From a virus (Duplodnaviria; Caudoviricetes), in the IMG/VR virus record IMGVR_UViG_3300010376_000100, positions 1 through 30,804 of that record: a DNA stretch of 30,804 nt; one strand, given 5' to 3'. This document shows positions 24,899 to 30,804 of the stretch, one piece after another. The position numbers were made by a program, and so were the translations under genes. Within the stretch, counting starts at the first letter, position 1, and each line of letters starts with the position of its first letter. The notes beneath the pieces are model-generated. The model was not told where the DNA came from and searched no databases. It was given only the letters and a program-made list of their open reading frames with translations.

Positions 24899-25278
24899 TT
24901 AGAGAAATTCGTACTGAAGATATAAAAGCCTTAGAGGAAATTCATGCGAGATTTTATCGAGATGAATTTAACTTTACTGAGCTTTTTGATTCTAAGTTCA
25001 TTTGTAATTTTGTTGTCTTTGATGACAGGGACGATACTATCATTACGGCTGGTGGTATTAGATCCATCGCAGAGTGCATCCTTGTTACTGACAAGTCTAA
25101 ATCTGTTAGAACTCGTCGTCAAGGCTTATATCAAGTTTTGGATGCGAGCCGCTATTTTAGTTCACGCAGCGGCTTTAATCAGCTACATGCTTTTGTTCAG
25201 GAGCCGTCCTGGAAAGAAGTATTAACTAAAGTAGGATTCCGTTCTTGTAAGGGTGATGCTCTGGTGATTGGAGTATAA
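24895..25278 (+). CDS. GNAT-fold protein (positional equivalent of T7 gp13 / P22 gp14)
   Basis: MIREIRTEDI start, IITAGGI, L.KVGFR end; lies just before the ejection genes. Confidence 0.6.
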   Translation: MIREIRTEDIKALEEIHARFYRDEFNFTELFDSKFICNFVVFDDRDDTIITAGGIRSIAECILVTDKSKSVRTRRQGLYQVLDASRYFSSRSGFNQLHAFVQEPSWKEVLTKVGFRSCKGDALVIGV

Positions 25279-25279
25279 G

Positions 25280-25678
25280 ATGGCAAAGGGTGATTCTTCT
25301 AGTTCAAATCAGTCTGGTGGTTTTATGGGATCTCCTTATCATAATGGGGGATTACTTAGATTCCAAAATGGTGGAATGGGATCTCAACTTCCTCCTCAAG
25401 CTCAGGGTCAGGATCAGGCTATGAATAGGTCTCCTATGTTTAACGGTGGATTCTATGGTAATCTAATGAATAGCTTAATGCCATTTAATCCTGGGTTGAG
25501 ATTTGGGACTCAACCAATTGCCCCATATCAAAGGTTTAATCCCGTTGAATCTTTAGCTCCATATCATCTTATGCAAAATCCTAATACGCCACAACAGGCT
25601 GAATCAACGCAGTTAGGAACTCAACAGGGCAGTATTAATAATGAAACTCAGCCAGCAAAGTTGAGGTACAATGGCTAA
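25280..25678 (+). CDS. Low-complexity Gln/Gly/Asn/Pro-rich putative internal virion protein
   Basis: GGAG RBS before ATG 25280; N-terminus MAKGDS shared with the next gene. Confidence 0.6.
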   Translation: MAKGDSSSSNQSGGFMGSPYHNGGLLRFQNGGMGSQLPPQAQGQDQAMNRSPMFNGGFYGNLMNSLMPFNPGLRFGTQPIAPYQRFNPVESLAPYHLMQNPNTPQQAESTQLGTQQGSINNETQPAKLRYNG

Positions 25679-26687
25679 AGGTGACAGCGATCGCTCACAA
25701 AATCAAATCAATGCCCAAGGTGGTTTAGCACAGAATACTCTGAATAATACAAGAACTAACCTATCTAATCAACAAGGACAGTTCTGGAATAATTATCAGG
25801 GTGCTGTTCCTGGACAGTTATCGAATTATAATGAAATTATGAATAATTATAATTCATTTCTAGCTGGTCAAAATCCAGGTCAGCAACCTCAAGGTTCGCA
25901 GAAAACAGGTCAATTCTCTGCTACTGGTAATGCGGCTCAAGATATCCCTGCTTTATTAGCTGCATACGGTAAAAGTGATACTGGCGCTGGATCTGGTATT
26001 ACTGATGCTAATTACTGGATTAATGATGCAATGAAGAATGCTAATGGAGATGAAGGTTATGTTCTTGGACGTTTAGAATCTGATTTACAAGGTAAAGGTC
26101 CGGATGCTGGTGGAGGTGGTGGTACTCCATCGGCAGTCGGTGGATTTCAGAATTTTGCACAGACTGGCGGATTTTCTCCTGAAGATTTACAGAATATTCG
26201 TAATAGAGCAACATCGGGTATTCGCTCTGCATATAGTTCTGCACAGGATAACATCGAAAGACAGCGAAGATTGCAGAATGGTTATTCTCCTAACTATACA
26301 GCGGCTCAGGCTAAAATGGCTAGGGATGAAAGTCAATCTATCGCTGATGCTAATACTAATGCTAATGCGGCTATTGCACAGATGGTTCAGCAAGGTAAAC
26401 TGTATGGCCTTACTGGATTATCAAATGCACAGCTTGGTGCTTTAGGTGCTCAGACTGGATTGTATGGTACTAATCCAGCATTAATTAATACATTTGGTAA
26501 TCAGGTACTTCAGTCTGGTAATCAGCAAGTAAGCTTACAAGGATTACAGAATCAGCTCGCTGGTGAGATTATGCAAGCTCAAAATCAGAAGGCTGGTATT
26601 CCTGGTAACTATCAACAGGCTCTTGGTAATATTGGTTCAACTCTTGGTCTTATTGGCACCACTGCTGGTGCATTTGGAGGATTCTAA
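25671..26687 (+). CDS. Putative ejection (DNA transfer) protein, P22 gp7-like role
   Basis: Gln/Asn/Gly/Ala-rich helical protein with a Gly-rich hydrophobic C-terminus; synteny. Confidence 0.6.
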   Translation: MAKGDSDRSQNQINAQGGLAQNTLNNTRTNLSNQQGQFWNNYQGAVPGQLSNYNEIMNNYNSFLAGQNPGQQPQGSQKTGQFSATGNAAQDIPALLAAYGKSDTGAGSGITDANYWINDAMKNANGDEGYVLGRLESDLQGKGPDAGGGGGTPSAVGGFQNFAQTGGFSPEDLQNIRNRATSGIRSAYSSAQDNIERQRRLQNGYSPNYTAAQAKMARDESQSIADANTNANAAIAQMVQQGKLYGLTGLSNAQLGALGAQTGLYGTNPALINTFGNQVLQSGNQQVSLQGLQNQLAGEIMQAQNQKAGIPGNYQQALGNIGSTLGLIGTTAGAFGGF

Positions 26688-27952
26688 TGTTTCCTCCTTC
26701 TGGAATCGTTCAAGGTGATGAATTCACTACTCCAGATCCATTAACTTTACTTGGGTTATCTGGATTAAGTAGGATTGCTCGTATCTTTGGGCAGCCGCAA
26801 TCTGTCGCCCAACAAAGTCCTCAACAAGTAATGAATAATGCACAGCCACAATCTAATTCAACTACTGATAATCCAACTCCAGCACAGCCTAGTACTCCGT
26901 TTACATTTCAGCCTGATAATACAATTAGTAAACAGTATTCTCAAGCATTACAGGAGATGCCTAGTCGTGCAGACTATCAACCGGGAATGCTACGTCGGAT
27001 TGGTGGGGCTCTTGCTGGTTTTGCTGGTGTCGGACCCGCGGCTTATTCAGGTGGAGCAGCACTAGGATTTAGAAATCCAAATCCAGCATTACAAGGTGAG
27101 TTACAAGATCAATTCGATTATCATCCTTATTACCAGCAGTTAAATGATTGGGCTCAGAAAGTTAAAGCATTACAAGCTGGAGCTACTGAAGAAGACCGAC
27201 GTAATTCTTACGGTGCTTTGAGAGCTATTCAAGGTGGTAAACTAGACGTTGCTCAGAGTGAAGAAGAGCGTAAGAAAGAGAAAGATAGAAATGATTTATC
27301 AGTTAAACAGCAACGTGCTGATGCTTATGAATTTGAAAAGAGAAATCCAAACTGGCAAGCCAAGGTTGTTGGTAATAAGGTTATCTACTTCAATCCTAAA
27401 GATCCATCTCAGAGCTATGATAGCGGCTTAGATATTGGTAAGATGTCTGATGAGGATAGAATCAATCTTCAGACTAAAGGACGAATCTCTGCTATTAAAG
27501 AACAAGGTTCTCAACAGAGACAAACTGAGGGAGTTAAAGAAGAAGATCGCCAGAAGGATATTACTGCTAGAGGTAATCAGGCGAGACAAACTAAAGGAGT
27601 TCCTTCTGGTAATGCTGCTCCAGGTGCTAAACCAGAATCTGCAACTCAAGCAGCGGCTAGAATTAAGAATAAGATTAAAGAAGCTTATAATACACATCCT
27701 GAATGGCAACAATATATTGATCCAGCGGCTGGAACTATTAAACCAGCAGCTGATCCCAATGTGAATAGTCAAATTCACTCATTCATTTACGGACAGGATA
27801 TTGCTTTACCTAAAGGCTCTGCTCCTCCTCAGACTCCCGATGAAGAACCTCAAGTGACTGTATATGATTTATCTACTGGTAAAGATGTAGCTACTATTCC
27901 GAAATCTAATGTTGAAAAGCTAAATAAGAGTAAGTATGGAGTTAGACAATAA
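26687..27952 (+). CDS. Putative ejection protein, P22 gp20-like role
   Basis: LRRIGGALAGFAG segment, charged coiled coil; synteny. Confidence 0.55.
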   Translation: MFPPSGIVQGDEFTTPDPLTLLGLSGLSRIARIFGQPQSVAQQSPQQVMNNAQPQSNSTTDNPTPAQPSTPFTFQPDNTISKQYSQALQEMPSRADYQPGMLRRIGGALAGFAGVGPAAYSGGAALGFRNPNPALQGELQDQFDYHPYYQQLNDWAQKVKALQAGATEEDRRNSYGALRAIQGGKLDVAQSEEERKKEKDRNDLSVKQQRADAYEFEKRNPNWQAKVVGNKVIYFNPKDPSQSYDSGLDIGKMSDEDRINLQTKGRISAIKEQGSQQRQTEGVKEEDRQKDITARGNQARQTKGVPSGNAAPGAKPESATQAAARIKNKIKEAYNTHPEWQQYIDPAAGTIKPAADPNVNSQIHSFIYGQDIALPKGSAPPQTPDEEPQVTVYDLSTGKDVATIPKSNVEKLNKSKYGVRQ

Positions 27953-30207
27953 TGGAAGAGCAGATTCCTGATGATTTAAAAGCATTAGGAGCTAAGTCAT
28001 TATCTGCTCCTATGGTTCAACCTCCTCCAGAAGTTCCTGATGACTTATCTCATCTAGGTGCTAAACCTATTGCTCCAGAAGGAACAACTGGCCCAATGAA
28101 TTTTGCTATTGTCAATGGGCAGAGGATTGAATTACCTCCTGAGGGGATTCTATCTAAAGAAGGATTTCTAGGTTCACGAATCAATCAGCTAATGGGGAAT
28201 GAACCTGGAATCTTAAATCCTGATCCTACTCAGAATCCTTTAATTGGTAAATCATTTCTACCTGATACACAAGCTGAGCCAGGACTGTTAGGAACTATTA
28301 GACATGGACTGTATAAGAATATCGTACAGCCGCTGTTTAGCCCATTAGGTATCTTGGGTACAGCGGCTGATATGAATGCCCCACAAGAACCTATTGGTAT
28401 GGATTCTTTTAGGGCTAATAATGCCTTGTCTAAATTAGGTAATGAAAGTGGAGATATCCAGTTACCAACTCAGGCTCAATTACCTTTAGAATCTCCTGCT
28501 CCAGTACAGGAAGCGATTCAGCCACAGGAAGTAATTCAGCCGCAACCTCAGCAATCCCTGATTCCACAAAGGACTCAACTTCCTGCTGAATTGGAGGATA
28601 AAGTTGTTGATGCAATTAACGAAACAACTCCGTTAAGAAAACAGCAGGAAGCTATTTATACATCTGAGAAAGCGGCCAGAGCGGCTAAGGCTGAAGGAAT
28701 TACAGCTACTGGTAAAGAGGCTTATATTCAGAGAGGTGCTGCTTTATCTGGTGAATATCCTAAAGTTGAATATACTGGATTGAATCTCTCGGAAGATGAA
28801 GTTAACCAGTTACATGACGTTATTAACACAGATCCTCGTTTAGGGGTATTTGAGAAGAAACGAACTGGTGATGCATTAGAGAAAATCTTACATGGTCAGG
28901 TACCTCAAGATAATGAGCTTGATTTATTAGGTGAAGTATTTGGTCCTAAGATTATTAATGCAGTCAAAGATAGACGTTCTCTAATTCAGAAAGGCTTATC
29001 TCTTGTCGGTAAGGCGTCTGACTTCTCTAAGACAATGGTAACGGCTGGGCACTTCACTGCACCATTTAGGCAGGGTGTTGGATTAATTACCCATTCTTCA
29101 TGGTGGGGTGCATGGGATGATATGGCTAGGTCTATCCTATCTAAAGGCGGTTCTGAAGTTACTGATAATATGATTCGTAATGATCCTAATTATGAATTAG
29201 CTTTACAGTCTGGTGTTAATTTCACAAAGCTATCCGAGAATCCAACTCTTCGTGAAGATGCAATTCGTTCTAACTTAGCTGAGAGATTACCTCTTGGTGT
29301 GGGTGCATTTATTCGAGCCGGTAATAGAGGATACAATGCATTTCTAAATACGGCTAGGATTGGTACATTTTCATCAATGGTGGATGATGCATCACTTGCA
29401 GCACAGAGTATTCAAGACCCTAAGCTTAGGATGATTAGTGATCCTAAGACGAATAAAGCTTTAGCTTCATATATTGCTAATTATGTCAATGCGGCTTCTG
29501 GGCGTGGAGATTTAGGATCATTAGAAAAATACTCTACTGAATTGAATGCAGTCTTATTCTCTCCTCGTTTACAGGCTGCTAGGATTCAATTAGTACAACA
29601 AGCATTATCTCCTAATACTCCTTATCTTGTGCGAAAAGAAGCAATTAAGAGTTTAGGTGCAATTGCTGGATTAGGATCTACGATTGCAAGTTTAGGTAAG
29701 TGGGGCGGAGCACAAGTAAGTACTAATCCTACTAGTGCTGATTTTGCTAAGGTAAAGATTGGTGATAATGTTAGAATTGATCCGTGGGCTGGATATCAAC
29801 AGGATGTGGTTTTACTGACTCGATTAACTAACCAAATGATTCAGTCTATTGCGGCTACTGCTGGTCAGAATCCTAAAAATTATGCTGGACCATCTTTCAC
29901 CTCTAGTACAACCGGTAAGAGTAAGAGCTTAGGTGATTATAATGCACCAACAATGCTATCTACCTTTGGTGACTTTGCATCTAATAGAATGAGTCCAGTT
30001 GCAAAGCTAGCATATGATTGGTTTACAAATCATAAAATTAGGAAGGGGCAATATTCATTTCAGCTGAATAATGAAGCAGCTAATATGGTTACCCCTATCC
30101 TAGTCAAAACTATTTATGATCTGTATCAGGAAGATCCTTCCTTAATCCCTTATCTTGGTCCTCCTGCTGCTGTTGGGATTCCTGTTGAGGTTTACGGTAA
30201 GAAATAA
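27952..30207 (+). CDS. Large putative ejection/internal virion protein, P22 gp16-like role
   Basis: 751 aa, last gene of the operon, helical with a hydrophobic segment near the C-terminus. Confidence 0.55.
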   Translation: MEEQIPDDLKALGAKSLSAPMVQPPPEVPDDLSHLGAKPIAPEGTTGPMNFAIVNGQRIELPPEGILSKEGFLGSRINQLMGNEPGILNPDPTQNPLIGKSFLPDTQAEPGLLGTIRHGLYKNIVQPLFSPLGILGTAADMNAPQEPIGMDSFRANNALSKLGNESGDIQLPTQAQLPLESPAPVQEAIQPQEVIQPQPQQSLIPQRTQLPAELEDKVVDAINETTPLRKQQEAIYTSEKAARAAKAEGITATGKEAYIQRGAALSGEYPKVEYTGLNLSEDEVNQLHDVINTDPRLGVFEKKRTGDALEKILHGQVPQDNELDLLGEVFGPKIINAVKDRRSLIQKGLSLVGKASDFSKTMVTAGHFTAPFRQGVGLITHSSWWGAWDDMARSILSKGGSEVTDNMIRNDPNYELALQSGVNFTKLSENPTLREDAIRSNLAERLPLGVGAFIRAGNRGYNAFLNTARIGTFSSMVDDASLAAQSIQDPKLRMISDPKTNKALASYIANYVNAASGRGDLGSLEKYSTELNAVLFSPRLQAARIQLVQQALSPNTPYLVRKEAIKSLGAIAGLGSTIASLGKWGGAQVSTNPTSADFAKVKIGDNVRIDPWAGYQQDVVLLTRLTNQMIQSIAATAGQNPKNYAGPSFTSSTTGKSKSLGDYNAPTMLSTFGDFASNRMSPVAKLAYDWFTNHKIRKGQYSFQLNNEAANMVTPILVKTIYDLYQEDPSLIPYLGPPAAVGIPVEVYGKK

Positions 30208-30307
30208 GGTGTTTTACATAATCTGAATATATTCTAAATGTCTCACCACATGCTTCACACTTGTATCGATACGATTCTCTTGTTCTTTTCAATCGCCCTT
30301 CTGGCAT
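30110..30307 (-). CDS. Possible small protein with a C2H2-like zinc finger
   Basis: GGGAG RBS before ATG 30307; YKCEACGETF..YSDYVKHL; 98-bp convergent overlap with the ejection gene lowers confidence. Confidence 0.4.
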   Translation of the reverse strand: MPEGRLKRTRESYRYKCEACGETFRIYSDYVKHLISYRKPQQESQQQQEDQDKGLRKDLPDTDHK

Positions 30308-30477
30308 GATAGCTCCCCCATAGCCCACAATAAATTGTTAGATCATCAAAGGAGTCATGCTATGACAGCGGCTTGTTCAAAATTCTCGTAGTTATTAGAG
30401 CCATTTGTATAGTCAGCATTCTTCTTATCATGGATACTTCTCATTCGAGCCAATAACTCTAAATATTCTGCATTCAT
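30255..30477 (-). pseudogene. DUF1599/Nmad1-like gene with an internal deletion and frameshift
   Basis: 30477-30355 encodes MNAEYLELLARMRSIHDKKNADYTNGSNNYENFEQAAVIA*; the +1 frame immediately continues DSFDDLTIYCGLWGSY. These match my recollection of the family's N- and C-terminal signatures, with the middle absent. Confidence 0.6.
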
Positions 30478-30803
30478 TCTTTTCCTTCTTTCAATTCAGC
30501 GCGGCCGTGCAGGGCGGTTGGCGGTTCCCACCCGCATTTCAGGCAGTGCTTCGAATCAATGAACTTGTGATCGCACTTCTTCGTACTCACATCGGCCCCG
30601 ACCGTTGCTGATTTCTTATCCGTGATGCATTGAGCGCAGACAGGTGTCTGTCCGCTCATCGGAGAGCCACATTGCGGGCATTTTCGTTCGGAGTCAGAAG
30701 GCATCACCCCTTTCGGTGCGGGAGTGGCGGCTTCCAGTGCAGAGAGGCAGGCGGCGAATCGTTCAAGGAATGACGGATGCTCCAAAAAGAACTTCCGTTC
30801 CCA
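30474..30803 (-). CDS. 3' part of a Cys-rich hypothetical protein, probably truncated by the window edge
   Basis: Frame open to the window end; CPQC, CAQC, CDH, CLKC motifs; visibly GC-richer; ATGA overlap with the DUF1599-like gene. Confidence 0.55.
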   Translation of the reverse strand, partial: WERKFFLEHPSFLERFAACLSALEAATPAPKGVMPSDSERKCPQCGSPMSGQTPVCAQCITDKKSATVGADVSTKKCDHKFIDSKHCLKCGWEPPTALHGRAELKEGKE

Positions 30804-30804
30804 C

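Noticed and set aside
1582-30207. Stop-codon reassignment
   Set aside because: Core genes are full length under the standard code, and TAA, TAG and TGA all end coupled genes
2131-30611. Nested or antisense ORFs in the track (e.g. 3322-3510, 6385-6591, 8465-8731, 11887-12183, 13920-14192, 14973-15233, 26104-26445, 27428-27778, 30405-30611)
   Set aside because: They overlap coupled genes with clear motifs and have the Leu/Ile-rich composition expected of off-frame reads
1-30804. tRNA, rRNA, integrase, transposase, intron or intein; specific host assignment
   Set aside because: No such signatures were recognised by eye, and the host cannot be determined from this window

Overview
The window is the packaging and virion-morphogenesis arm of a tailed dsDNA phage (Caudoviricetes) with a podovirus-like, P22/T7-type layout. 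It is about 37% GC by eye and uses the standard genetic code. A repeat-rich, partly non-coding left end (1-1580) carries leftward small genes and two look-alike divergent sigma70 promoters. A tightly coupled + strand operon (1582-30207) follows: putative small terminase, small membrane/lysis-like and beta-rich genes, a SAM methyltransferase plus a GT2 glycosyltransferase-radical SAM fusion, large terminase, DUF6496, portal, scaffold, major capsid protein, two paralogous decoration-like proteins, adaptor, an apparently split nozzle, several fibre/beta-rich proteins, SleB-type hydrolase, GNAT-like protein and four ejection-type proteins. No tape measure or sheath gene is visible. The last ~600 bp are the 3' end of a convergent, partly GC-richer module containing a broken DUF1599/Nmad1-like gene. 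The strongest leads are (1) the methyltransferase + GT2-radical SAM cassette beside the terminase, (2) a roughly 4-fold window-wide excess of the asymmetric motif CGGCT/AGCCG (hand count), (3) a Shine-Dalgarno separated from its ATG by a 36-nt hairpin, (4) the split nozzle and (5) a possible non-canonical lysis cassette. All protein calls come from motif recognition and synteny; no searches were run.
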